In this document: piece by piece, positions 1 through 8,390 of the stretch | Position numbering within the stretch: the first letter of the stretch is position 1 | How the letters are laid out: each line of letters begins with the position of its first letter | DNA from: Patescibacteria group bacterium | Lineage (GTDB): Bacteria; Patescibacteriota; Doudnabacteria; UBA920 | Assembly (NCBI GenBank): GCA_036266555.1 | Contig: DATAMW010000030.1 | Span: 1-61,520 of the forward strand | Direction: 5' to 3' | Length of the DNA stretch: 61,520 nucleotides | The notes under the pieces: model-generated | What the model saw: the letters and a program-made list of their open reading frames with translations, nothing else | Told to the model about the DNA's origin: nothing | Database searches by the model: none | Made by a program: the position numbers and the translations under genes

Positions 1-553
1 GTTCGTCTGCATCTGCTGCGAACCGTTCTTGATATTGGTCTAATATATTGAACCAGAGTTTATATGTATGGGATTTTCTGCCATCATCTAGTGGCTTGGA
101 GTACTTCGCAAGTGTTGCATCAATTTCTCCAAGAATTTTGCCAGCCTGTTCGGCCATGGTAGTTCCAGTGCAAACTTCGAATGTATTGCCTTCCACACCT
201 TCCAATAAACGCCATCGCCAACTGTTTTGTTCTGGGCCAATCATATCTCCTTGTTCGCCGTCATCTTCAATCCAAAGTTTATCACTTGTTGTTGGAAGTA
301 AAGTTTGAGTTTGCAAACCTTGTTCACGCAAAAATTGTGTCACGTGAAAATAATTAGTCATTGACCCTTCCATGGACACAGCTGGATGCACACATTGCAA
401 AACTAACAATTTATTTTTAGCTGTTTTGCTGTCAAGCGTGCGAATAAGAAAAGTTTTATTTAATAGTCCGCTGCTGGCGCGTTTAATTTCCGCCTCTGTT
501 ATGTTGGCTAATTCTGGGATGCTCCAGTTGTGTAACACTTGTTCTGGTTTCAT
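1..553 (-). CDS. Phosphotransferase (APH/choline-kinase-like) family protein; 3' end lies outside the window
   Basis: Absent from the ORF track because it runs off the window edge. My reverse-strand translation from ATG (553-551) reads MKPEQVLHNWSIPELANITEAEIKRASSGLLNKTFLIRT...KLLVLQCVHP...AEQAGKILGEIDATL with no stop down to base 1. The N-terminal G-x-x-N-K-T-F-L-I-R pattern resembles APH-family kinases. The + strand ORFs 48-308 and 372-563 are shadow ORFs. Confidence 0.5.
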   Translation of the reverse strand, partial: MKPEQVLHNWSIPELANITEAEIKRASSGLLNKTFLIRTLDSKTAKNKLLVLQCVHPAVSMEGSMTNYFHVTQFLREQGLQTQTLLPTTSDKLWIEDDGEQGDMIGPEQNSWRWRLLEGVEGNTFEVCTGTTMAEQAGKILGEIDATLAKYSKPLDDGRKSHTYKLWFNILDQYQERFAADADE

Positions 554-689
554 AAAGTTTTGATAAAGTCAGATAAAGAAATGATAAAGATTTTCTAAAG
601 TTTTGATAAAGCGTTTTTCAGGGTTTTTTGGCAGAGCTGCTTTATATAACCCTAATTAAATAGTATCATACAAGTACTAACCTAAAAAT

Positions 690-1853
690 ATGATAAATAA
701 AAACTCAAGTTCTGATAAAGACGCGGGTAAAGGGAAAATCCTCATCCTCTACACCTCCGTGGGATTAGGGCACAAATACATTGCGTTAAACATCGCCTAT
801 CATTTAGAACAGGCTGGGTTTGAAATAAAATTAGCCGATGTGCTGCAGGTGCAAAGCGGTGTAATGGTAAACGTGGGGGAATGGTTTCACAGCCTCATTA
901 ATACACGATTTCCATTTGTGTGGCGTTGGCTGTATTTTAGTAAAGCGTTCGCAAAAGTAACAATGCCCTTTCGTGTTCCGCTTGCAGGAAAAAACAGTGA
1001 GCACATTCAAGCTGCCGTATATGAGTTTAAACCAGACGTGGTCATTGCTACACAAACCAGTGCATCTGCGCCTATGGCGTACATGAAACAACATGGATTG
1101 TTTAATGGTAAGTTTGTAATTGCGTTCAGTGACTATCACTTTCATCCATATTGGTTTTACAAACAAGCAGATTTTTACTTGGTGAATATTAAAGAGCAGA
1201 AAGATGCGTTAGAAAAACTCGGTATCCCTGCAGAAAAAATTGCAGTATGCGGAATTACCTTAAAACCACATGTGCAAGTTGACCCAAATGCAGTGAAACA
1301 AAAACTTGATTTAACAGGAAGGCAAGTCGTGCTAATGTCGAGTGGTTCCTTGGGAATCGGTTTCTCGCAAAAACTGCTATTAGACTTTGCTAAAGAACTA
1401 ACTACAACAGAACCGAATGTACAATTAGTAGTGACATGTGGCAAGAACGAAACTATGAAGCATCAATTAGAAGAGGAAGCGCAGAAACAAAACTTAAATC
1501 TGACTGCATTAGGATTTTACGAACCAATGTCAGAGCTGTTTGCCATTACAGATGTGTTCCTCACCAAGCCTGGGGGATTAACCGTGGCTGAAGCGTTGCG
1601 CGATAACATCAAAATGATCACCACACACTTTTTACCAGGGCAGGAAGAACTGAATTACGAGTATCTGACTTCTCGCAAACTCATGACGAAGATCCCTAAA
1701 CCTATGACAGCGAAAAACTTGGTAGCAGAGACCATGCGCAGAATGAGTGAAAAAATAGAAGTAGAAAACCCAAATTCTATAGAAATTACGCAGAAAAATA
1801 ACGAGGGATCAGCGTTAATAAAAAGTATCGAAAATTTGTTTCATAATGTTTGA
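690..1853 (+). CDS. MGDG-synthase/UgtP-like GT28 glycosyltransferase (diacylglycerol glycosyltransferase family)
   Basis: N-terminal KILILYTSVGLGHKYIALNIAYHLE resembles the start of UgtP/MGDG synthase. The C-terminal half (VLMSSGSLGIG...FLTKPGGLTVAEAL) resembles the GT-B nucleotide-sugar domain. Confidence 0.7.
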   Translation: MINKNSSSDKDAGKGKILILYTSVGLGHKYIALNIAYHLEQAGFEIKLADVLQVQSGVMVNVGEWFHSLINTRFPFVWRWLYFSKAFAKVTMPFRVPLAGKNSEHIQAAVYEFKPDVVIATQTSASAPMAYMKQHGLFNGKFVIAFSDYHFHPYWFYKQADFYLVNIKEQKDALEKLGIPAEKIAVCGITLKPHVQVDPNAVKQKLDLTGRQVVLMSSGSLGIGFSQKLLLDFAKELTTTEPNVQLVVTCGKNETMKHQLEEEAQKQNLNLTALGFYEPMSELFAITDVFLTKPGGLTVAEALRDNIKMITTHFLPGQEELNYEYLTSRKLMTKIPKPMTAKNLVAETMRRMSEKIEVENPNSIEITQKNNEGSALIKSIENLFHNV

Positions 1854-1906
1854 CGAGCTCTGTGGCATGGGTTAGTATAAGACAAAGAGTATTTAACTGA
1901 TATATT

Positions 1907-2572
1907 ATGCCACGAAAAGAAAAATCATTTTTTGGGAAAATTATGGGGGGCGATGTTACTGATGTTGACCTAGCTGAAGACGAAGAAGTTGCAGAAGAAC
2001 CAGCTGTAGTCGACGATGACGATGAATTGGAAGACCTTGAGGACGAGGAAGATTTGGACGAAGAGGAAGAAGTGAATTACGTTGAAGCTCCTTTGGCTCC
2101 TGAAGCTGAGGATGAAGAAGAAGAGGAAGATGTTGAAGAAATGGAAGTCGCAGTTCAGGGCCATGATGACGAAGACCCAGAACCAGTTGCAGTTGGCAAC
2201 GCTGCAGTGAGCGCTAAAGACGAAGAGTGGATGAATGACTATGAAGGCGCGTTGAACATCGACATGTATCAGACTAAAGATAATGTAATTATCAAATCCA
2301 CAATTGCTGGTGTGCGTCCTGATGACATTGATATTACAGTTGCTAACGATATGGTGACAATTAAAGGCAGTCGTAGCCGTGAAGAAAAAATCGTGCAAGA
2401 CGATTACTTCTACCAAGAATGTTATTGGGGAAGTTTCTCTCGCAGCGTGATTGTTCCAGTGGACATCGATAGCGAAGAAATTGAAGCAGACTTAAAAGAT
2501 GGAATTCTTACAGTGATAATTCCAAAAGCTGCTAAAGCCAAAACTAAGAAAGTTAAGGTTAAGGGGTTGTAA
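1907..2572 (+). CDS. Hsp20/alpha-crystallin small heat-shock protein with a long acidic N-terminal extension
   Basis: The C-terminal ~100 aa (NIDMYQTKDNVIIKSTIAGVRPDDIDITVANDMVTIKGSR...ADLKDGILTVIIPK) is a canonical alpha-crystallin domain. It is preceded by ~110 aa of D/E-rich low complexity. Confidence 0.85.
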   Translation: MPRKEKSFFGKIMGGDVTDVDLAEDEEVAEEPAVVDDDDELEDLEDEEDLDEEEEVNYVEAPLAPEAEDEEEEEDVEEMEVAVQGHDDEDPEPVAVGNAAVSAKDEEWMNDYEGALNIDMYQTKDNVIIKSTIAGVRPDDIDITVANDMVTIKGSRSREEKIVQDDYFYQECYWGSFSRSVIVPVDIDSEEIEADLKDGILTVIIPKAAKAKTKKVKVKGL

Positions 2573-2591
2573 TAGAAATTTCGTATAAAAA

Positions 2592-2622
2592 AAGAGACCG
2601 GGCACGAATGCTCGGTCTTTTT
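2592..2622. terminator. Bidirectional intrinsic terminator between convergent genes
   Basis: AAAGAGACCGGGC-acgaat-GCTCGGTCTTTTT: long GC-containing stem flanked by an A-run and a T-run, between the Hsp20 stop and the stop of the minus-strand gene. Confidence 0.7.
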
Positions 2623-2647
2623 GTATCTGGTCGAATTGTTGCAGGTG

Positions 2648-3133
2648 CTATTTGGTTGTAATTTTTTCGCACTGGTATGGGCAGTGTTCATAGCATCTTT
2701 CCATCATGTAGAGCATGTTATAGCCTTTTAATAGATCCGAAGGATTTAATCCCTGACATAATGTGCTTAGCAACACCGCTAATATAGTAAATTTCCATGA
2801 CGGGATCATACTTACTCTCTCCCATGGAGAGATATCGTCTGGATCGCCGACTTCTTTTTCGTTCAAGAGGTCAGGATTGGTAAGCATTGAAAATTCTTCT
2901 GCGCTGATACCGCTCGCATTCCCTTCTGCAAATAGGTCGGCAGTAATTTGATTTTCCGCCGCCACTCGATTAAAAGCAAGCATAGCGGCTTTGATCGCTG
3001 CTCGTTGACCCTCTAGTTGTTCCGCCTCTTTCTGGTAACCACCAAACCACGTAGACAGGTAACTTATGTGCTCAACCAGAAACAACTGATTTTCTAAGGC
3101 ATAAATGAATTTATCTCTTTGCTTTGTGTTCAT
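2648..3133 (-). CDS. Hypothetical protein
   Basis: 161-aa ORF convergent with the Hsp20 gene; no recognisable motifs. Coding is supported only by length and by non-overlap with neighbours. Confidence 0.5.
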   Translation of the reverse strand: MNTKQRDKFIYALENQLFLVEHISYLSTWFGGYQKEAEQLEGQRAAIKAAMLAFNRVAAENQITADLFAEGNASGISAEEFSMLTNPDLLNEKEVGDPDDISPWERVSMIPSWKFTILAVLLSTLCQGLNPSDLLKGYNMLYMMERCYEHCPYQCEKITTK

Positions 3134-3209
3134 TTTTTATCCTCCTAAAAGATTTATTATTCTAGCTAAATTACGTTTAAAGGTCAACCGTGTACATCAG
3201 GCTTGAAAA

Positions 3210-3218
3210 TGCTATAAT
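3210..3218 (+). promoter_or_regulatory. Extended -10 element (TGcTATAAT) upstream of ftsK
   Basis: TGCTATAAT read directly at 3210-3218, 37 nt upstream of the ftsK ATG. Confidence 0.4.
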
Positions 3219-3255
3219 TTAGAGTGAAATAACCTTTAAACGTGTATATATAGAC

Positions 3256-5463
3256 ATGGGCAGAAATAAAAAACGATCCAATAAAGATAGAGATGAGTCC
3301 GGTTCCCTGTTAAAATCCATTCCTAAGCCTCATTTAGACTTAGCGTCCGAAACCAAGCGTGGTATTGCTGTGGTGGTTTTTCTAATTTTGGCTGGCATCA
3401 CTGCCCTATCTGTAGTGGGCGCGGCTGGGGGACTTGGTCAATTTATTTTTAAAATGTTCCAGCTATTGGCCGGAGTTTTAGCGTACTTGTTACCACTGTT
3501 GTTCGCCTTAACAGCGTACTTGCTTTTCAAAAGTACTCCAGATGAAGAAAATAAACACCCCTACTTCCGCACATACCTAGGAATCTTTTTAGCAGTCGGC
3601 GCTGTGGCTGGATTAATCCACTCTATATATATCACTTCTGAAACTGGCGCTGTGGCAATTGCTAATGCTGGCCGTGCAGGAGGATGGTTAGGCGCATTGT
3701 TCGCTGGGCCAATTGTTGGCGCATTTGGTTTTTGGGCTGGTGACTTATTGTTGATTGGTATTTTAGTAATTGGTGTGGGTGTGACAGTAAACATTTCGCC
3801 AACCATGCTGTTCCGCAAAAAGGCTGCTGAAGAAGCTCCTGTCCCTGGTGTTCAAGAAAAGATAAAAATCAATGCTTTAGAAAATATGGAAGCTGCAGAA
3901 GCAGCCGATGATGAAGAAGAGGAAGAACCAGCTCCAAAAATGGCGCCAGCTATTAATTTGACTCCATCTGGTCCAAGCAAAGATGATGAAGCAATTTCCA
4001 AAATGGAATCAATTATTTTGGAAGATCGCCGTGACTGGAAGTTGCCACCGTTTGATTTGTTAGACGATAACAAAACAGAAGTTGATTCCGGCAACATCGA
4101 AAACAACGTCACTATAATTCAAAAAGCTTTAGCAGACTTTGGCATTGAAGTAGAGATGGGAGAAGTTAATGTTGGTCCAACAGTTACACAATACACTTTG
4201 CGTCCAGCAGTGGGTGTGAAGCTTTCACAAATTGCGAGCCTGCAAAACGATTTAGCTTTGGCGTTGTCTGCACATGCGATTCGTATGGAACTGCCAATCC
4301 CAGGTAAAGCATTAGTTGGTATTGAAGTGCCGAATAAATCTACTGCAATTGTTCGCTTGCGCGAAGTCATGCAAACTTCAGATTTCGTGAACAGCAAAGG
4401 GAAGTTGTCGTTGGCGTTGGGTCGCGATGTGGCTGGTCGCCCAATGGTTGTAGACTTGGCGAAAATGCCACACATGTTAATTGCTGGTGCAACTGGTACG
4501 GGAAAATCTGTAGCAATTAATAGTTTGTTCATTTCGTTGCTCTATAAAAATACACCTCAAGATGTGAAGTTTATTGTTGTCGACCCGAAGCGCGTGGAAT
4601 TGAACATGTACAATGGCATTCCGCATCTATTAACTCCGGCAATTACTGAATCTGATAAAGCGGTAAACGCTTTAAAATGGGCGGTTGCAGAAATGGAACG
4701 ACGTTACAAATTATTGGCCGAGGCTGGCAACAGAAATATTGCCGACTACAACGCAGCCACTGAATTACATTTGCCATACATTGTGATCATCGTAGATGAG
4801 TTGGCTGACCTAATGGCTGTGGCGCAAAATGAAGTTGAAGCTGCGATTGTGCGTTTAGCGCAAATGGCTCGCGCCGTTGGTATCCACTTAATTTTGGCAA
4901 CACAACGCCCAAGCGTGGAAGTTATCACTGGGTTAATTAAAGCCAACATCACTTCTCGTGCTGCATTCGCTGTAGCTAGCCAAGTTGATTCGCGTACAAT
5001 TCTTGACAGTAGCGGCGCAGAAAAATTATTAGGTAATGGTGACATGTTGTTTGTGTCTGCTGAATTTAACAAACCACGCCGCGTGCAAGGCGCGTTCATC
5101 GGTGAACAAGAAGTGCGCAAAGTTGTAGATTTCTTTAAGAATCAAGCTGGCGCAGTCATTTACAATGAAGATGTAATTGAAAAACCAAAACGCGGTCTAG
5201 GTTTGCCAGGCATGGGTGGCGGCGGTGATGAAGATGATGAATTGTTTGAAGCAGCCAAAGAAGAAGTGATCCGCGCTGGCAAAGCAAGTGCGTCGCTGTT
5301 GCAACGTCGCTTGCGTGTAGGTTACGCGCGCGCTGCTCGCTTACTCGACATCCTAGAAGAACGAAATATTATTGGTCCGGGTGACGGCGCCAAACCTCGT
5401 GAAGTCTACGCAATATCTGAAGACGAGAAATCTGAGTATGGTAGTGAAGAAGTAGAACAATAA
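3256..5463 (+). CDS. ftsK: DNA translocase FtsK/SpoIIIE
   Basis: N-terminal multi-TM region and acidic linker. Motor domain with Walker A LIAGATGTGKSV and Walker B IVIIVDELADL. C-terminal gamma-like winged helix LLQRRLRVGYARAARLLDILEE. Confidence 0.95.
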   Translation: MGRNKKRSNKDRDESGSLLKSIPKPHLDLASETKRGIAVVVFLILAGITALSVVGAAGGLGQFIFKMFQLLAGVLAYLLPLLFALTAYLLFKSTPDEENKHPYFRTYLGIFLAVGAVAGLIHSIYITSETGAVAIANAGRAGGWLGALFAGPIVGAFGFWAGDLLLIGILVIGVGVTVNISPTMLFRKKAAEEAPVPGVQEKIKINALENMEAAEAADDEEEEEPAPKMAPAINLTPSGPSKDDEAISKMESIILEDRRDWKLPPFDLLDDNKTEVDSGNIENNVTIIQKALADFGIEVEMGEVNVGPTVTQYTLRPAVGVKLSQIASLQNDLALALSAHAIRMELPIPGKALVGIEVPNKSTAIVRLREVMQTSDFVNSKGKLSLALGRDVAGRPMVVDLAKMPHMLIAGATGTGKSVAINSLFISLLYKNTPQDVKFIVVDPKRVELNMYNGIPHLLTPAITESDKAVNALKWAVAEMERRYKLLAEAGNRNIADYNAATELHLPYIVIIVDELADLMAVAQNEVEAAIVRLAQMARAVGIHLILATQRPSVEVITGLIKANITSRAAFAVASQVDSRTILDSSGAEKLLGNGDMLFVSAEFNKPRRVQGAFIGEQEVRKVVDFFKNQAGAVIYNEDVIEKPKRGLGLPGMGGGGDEDDELFEAAKEEVIRAGKASASLLQRRLRVGYARAARLLDILEERNIIGPGDGAKPREVYAISEDEKSEYGSEEVEQ

Positions 5464-5474
5464 AGTATCTAAAA

Positions 5475-5503
5475 ACATCGCATTAAAACCGCGGTGTTTT
5501 TTT
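5475..5503 (+). terminator. Intrinsic terminator after ftsK
   Basis: ACATCGC-attaaaacc-GCGGTGT stem followed by a T7 run. Confidence 0.6.
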
Positions 5504-5507
5504 AATG

Positions 5508-5536
5508 TTGACTTAAGGTAACCTTTCATCTATATT
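5508..5536 (+). promoter_or_regulatory. Sigma70-type promoter (TTGACT-17-TATATT)
   Basis: -35 TTGACT at 5508-5513, 17-nt spacer, -10 TATATT at 5531-5536. A strong SD (GGTAGGAGG) precedes the ATG at 5562. Confidence 0.55.
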
Positions 5537-5561
5537 TATATATTCTTGGTAGGAGGTTTTT

Positions 5562-5942
5562 ATGGAAGACAATGGTAGAGAAGTGCTTGTTTCTCGCATT
5601 AAAGATTTGTTTCGAGCCCGCCCAGATTATTTTGAAAAATCTTTGAGTAGTGACACTCATCAAAATAATCTTGATGTCCAGAAGTTTTTGGCTATAGCAG
5701 CAAAGAATACGCAGATTGAATTTTACCCAGAAACTGTTTTACGATTTCTTAATAATGACGACACTGAAGAATTGCGCAAGATCTGCAATCGAAGTATTGA
5801 AATAATCAAAATTTATAACGAATGGAAACAGTTTCAGCAGATTCGGAGTCAAGCGGAAAAACAATCTAAGCCTAGCCATGTTCCACCTGCCTCTGAAGCT
5901 ATGCGTGAAATGAAAATATACGACCCTGACTTTAGAGATTAA
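5562..5942 (+). CDS. Hypothetical protein
   Basis: 126-aa ORF with its own promoter, a canonical SD and a downstream terminator. No recognisable domain. Confidence 0.6.
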   Translation: MEDNGREVLVSRIKDLFRARPDYFEKSLSSDTHQNNLDVQKFLAIAAKNTQIEFYPETVLRFLNNDDTEELRKICNRSIEIIKIYNEWKQFQQIRSQAEKQSKPSHVPPASEAMREMKIYDPDFRD

Positions 5943-5960
5943 GCAATTGCTTGGTTCTAT

Positions 5961-5986
5961 AACGCGACCCCGGTTGCGTTTTTTTA
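5961..5986 (+). terminator. Intrinsic terminator
   Basis: AACGCGAC-cccg-GTTGCGTT followed by T7. Confidence 0.6.
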
Positions 5987-6012
5987 TTACCCAAAATCAA
6001 CCACCATTGGAA

Positions 6013-6118
6013 AAACCAAAAAGCATTGCCTAAGAGGAGCATCTGCGCCCAAATTGGAGGCCTTTAAGGCCGAACAATGTAGCGCAGCTCTGCTCTTCGT
6101 GGCAATGCTTTTTGGTTT
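6013..6118. repeat. 106-nt long imperfect hairpin closed by an 18-bp perfect inverted repeat
   Basis: AAACCAAAAAGCATTGCC (6013-6030) is the exact reverse complement of GGCAATGCTTTTTGGTTT (6101-6118). Inner helices are GAGCA/TGCTC, CTGCGC/GCGCAG and an apical GGCC-tttaa-GGCC. Confidence 0.7.
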
Positions 6119-6144
6119 ATCACCTGTATGGTATGATAAATGAT

Positions 6145-7185
6145 ATGCCAATTGAATTTGAAACAAAAAAACTATCGATGGACACGCTGGGAGAGTATCT
6201 TTTAGAGGTGCGAAACCAGTTTGGTTATACCTTGGAAGAAGTGTCCCAAAAAACTGGGATTTACGAGAAGTTTATCCATTATATAGAGACAGGAAAGTAT
6301 CATTTATTGCCACCGGGCGTATATGTACTAGGGTTTTTAAAAAAGTTGGCTCAAATATACGATATTTCCTGCGAGGCATTACTAGAGCAATACAAGAAAG
6401 AGCGTGGGATCATGGAACATCAGGCTTCCGAGAAGTTGGCTGGGGAAAAAACCTGGAAAACTTGGTTTAGCAAGATTACTATTACGCCTAAATTGATCAC
6501 TATTTCCGGCAGCGGCGTGCTGGCTGCAATTGCCTTCTTCTATATAGTGTTCCAGGTGTTCGCCATCAACAAAACCCCTGACCTGACAATTACTGAGCCA
6601 AAGAATGATGCCGTAATTTCTGGCACATCAGTAAATGTAGCTGGTACTACTGAGCCGGGCATTACTGTGAGCATTAATGGCCAAAATGTATTTGTTGATC
6701 CATCAGGAAATTTTCATACTACTATTGGCGTAGCGCCTGGGCAAAAAGAATTGAAAATCAATGCTGCGAATAAGTTTGGGAAAAATAATGAACAGGTACT
6801 AGCGTTGCGGGTAGAGGAAGCGCAAGTGGCAGGAGCAGAAACCACTGTGCCGTCTGAACTCGACTTAGAATTAAAGTTTACAAAAGATACCAAAATTGAA
6901 ATTGAACAAGATGGCACAAAGTTGCCAAGTGAAATTGTTCCTGCTGGTGGTACGAAGTTAATTAAAGCCCAAGATCGTGTGACGCTTACTACCTATGATG
7001 CCGGGAACACTAAAGCGACTTTAAATGGTCAACCAGTTGGTTCTCTGGGAAAAGTTGGGGAAAAGATTACAATTCCTTTTTCAAAAGATGCAGCGAATTT
7101 GATGCAAAGTTCACCTAGCTCCAATTCTACTCCCACAAATACTACTCAAAATACGAATACAAACTCCAGCAAAACTTTAAAATAA
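6145..7185 (+). CDS. RodZ-like membrane protein (N-terminal XRE-type HTH, one TM helix, extracellular C-terminal region)
   Basis: HTH segment LGEYLLEVRNQFGYTLEEVSQKTGIYEKFIHYIETGKY, then a TM helix (LITISGSGVLAAIAFFYIVFQVF). Start moved to ATG 6145 because TGgTATGAT (6129-6137) lies 7 nt upstream and the track start 6112 lies inside the long hairpin. Confidence 0.65.
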   Translation: MPIEFETKKLSMDTLGEYLLEVRNQFGYTLEEVSQKTGIYEKFIHYIETGKYHLLPPGVYVLGFLKKLAQIYDISCEALLEQYKKERGIMEHQASEKLAGEKTWKTWFSKITITPKLITISGSGVLAAIAFFYIVFQVFAINKTPDLTITEPKNDAVISGTSVNVAGTTEPGITVSINGQNVFVDPSGNFHTTIGVAPGQKELKINAANKFGKNNEQVLALRVEEAQVAGAETTVPSELDLELKFTKDTKIEIEQDGTKLPSEIVPAGGTKLIKAQDRVTLTTYDAGNTKATLNGQPVGSLGKVGEKITIPFSKDAANLMQSSPSSNSTPTNTTQNTNTNSSKTLK

Positions 7186-7244
7186 CTTTACATCAATTTT
7201 ATGTACCTTCCGGTATGATAAACAGGTAATTAAGAAAAACCATT

Positions 7245-8336
7245 ATGGCAAAAGAAAAAAAAGCTCCCAAAACTCTGGCTGCTGCCTCTACCTCAGATAA
7301 AGGCCGCGCCGGTGCAATCGATAATGCAATCGATCAAATTCGCGACAAATTTGGTGATGGCAGTATTATGAAAATTTCCGATCAACATAAGTTAAATGTC
7401 GCTGCTACTCCAACTGGTAGTATTAGTTTGGATATGGCGCTTGGTGTTGGAGGAATCCCTCAAGGCCGTATTATAGAAATTTATGGCCCAGAAAGTTCTG
7501 GAAAAACAACGTTAACTTTGCACATGATTGCTGAAGCGCAAAAGCGTGGCGGTGTTGCTGCGTTCATCGATGCAGAACATGCCTTAGACCCAGATTATGC
7601 TAAACGTATTGGTGTGAATTTGGAAGACTTGTTAATCTCTCAACCAGATAGCGGTGAACAAGCTTTGGATATTACCGAAACTTTGGTACGCAGTAATGCG
7701 TTGGATCTAATAGTAGTAGATTCTGTGGCTGCCTTAACCCCGCGTGCAGAAATCGAAGGTGAAATGGGTGCCTCCCATATGGGTTTGCAAGCGCGCTTAA
7801 TGTCACAGGCATTGCGTAAACTTACTGCAATTATTTCCAAGTCGAACACAACAGTAATTTTCATCAACCAGATTCGTATGAAAATTGGCGTGATGTTCGG
7901 TAACCCGGAAACTACTACTGGTGGTAACGCGTTAAAGTTCTACGCATCAATCCGAATCGAAATCCGCCGCAGTGCGCAAATTAAAGATGGTGATAAAATC
8001 ATTGGTAACCGCACTAAAGCGAAAGTAGTAAAGAACAAAGTGGCGCCGCCATTTAAAGTGGCTGAATTTGATATTATGTACAACGAAGGTATTTCCGCAG
8101 CAGGCGATGTGCTGGACACAGGTTTGCTGATGGAAGTAATCTCAAAATCTGGAAACTCTTATTCCTTTGGTGATGTGAAGCTGGGTGTTGGCCGCGAAAC
8201 CGCCAAAACATTCTTAAAAGAAAACAAAGACATTTTCGAACAAGTTGATAAAGCCCTGCGCGAAAAGCTTGATTCCGGCGGCGGCATTCCTGCTAAGCCC
8301 ATGGAAGCCAGCGACGAAGAAGATGACGAAGAATAG
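7245..8336 (+). CDS. recA: Recombinase RecA
   Basis: Full-length RecA-like sequence: Walker [47 protein letters not shown]; acidic C-terminal tail. Confidence 0.97.
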   Translation: MAKEKKAPKTLAAASTSDKGRAGAIDNAIDQIRDKFGDGSIMKISDQHKLNVAATPTGSISLDMALGVGGIPQGRIIEIYGPESSGKTTLTLHMIAEAQKRGGVAAFIDAEHALDPDYAKRIGVNLEDLLISQPDSGEQALDITETLVRSNALDLIVVDSVAALTPRAEIEGEMGASHMGLQARLMSQALRKLTAIISKSNTTVIFINQIRMKIGVMFGNPETTTGGNALKFYASIRIEIRRSAQIKDGDKIIGNRTKAKVVKNKVAPPFKVAEFDIMYNEGISAAGDVLDTGLLMEVISKSGNSYSFGDVKLGVGRETAKTFLKENKDIFEQVDKALREKLDSGGGIPAKPMEASDEEDDEE

Positions 8337-8346
8337 TTTTTAAAAT

Positions 8347-8374
8347 AAAAGCCCTGAGACGGGCTTTTATTTTT
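8347..8374 (+). terminator. Intrinsic terminator after recA
   Basis: AAAAGCCC-tgagac-GGGCTTTT followed by ATTTTT. Confidence 0.7.
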
Positions 8375-8378
8375 CCTC

Positions 8379-8384
8379 TATACT
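8379..8384 (+). promoter_or_regulatory. -10 box (TATACT) 6 nt upstream of the ATG (leaderless-type start)
   Basis: TATACT at 8379-8384, ATG at 8391, no SD possible in between. Confidence 0.45.
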
Positions 8385-8390
8385 ATATAT

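Noticed and set aside
48-563. + strand ORFs 48-308 and 372-563 from the track
   Set aside because: They lie antisense to a continuous minus-strand reading frame (1-553) with kinase-like motifs. Their sequences are low-information (S/P/L/C-rich), as expected for shadow ORFs.
5936-6043. A 36-codon minus-strand ORF (MLLLGNAFWFFQWWLILGNKKTQPGSRYRTKQLLNL) emerging from the long hairpin; it resembles a type I toxin peptide
   Set aside because: It has no SD or promoter upstream. It reads through the terminator of the convergent gene and overlaps that gene's 3' end. Its hydrophobicity simply follows from the A/T-rich inverted repeat. It is too speculative to call.
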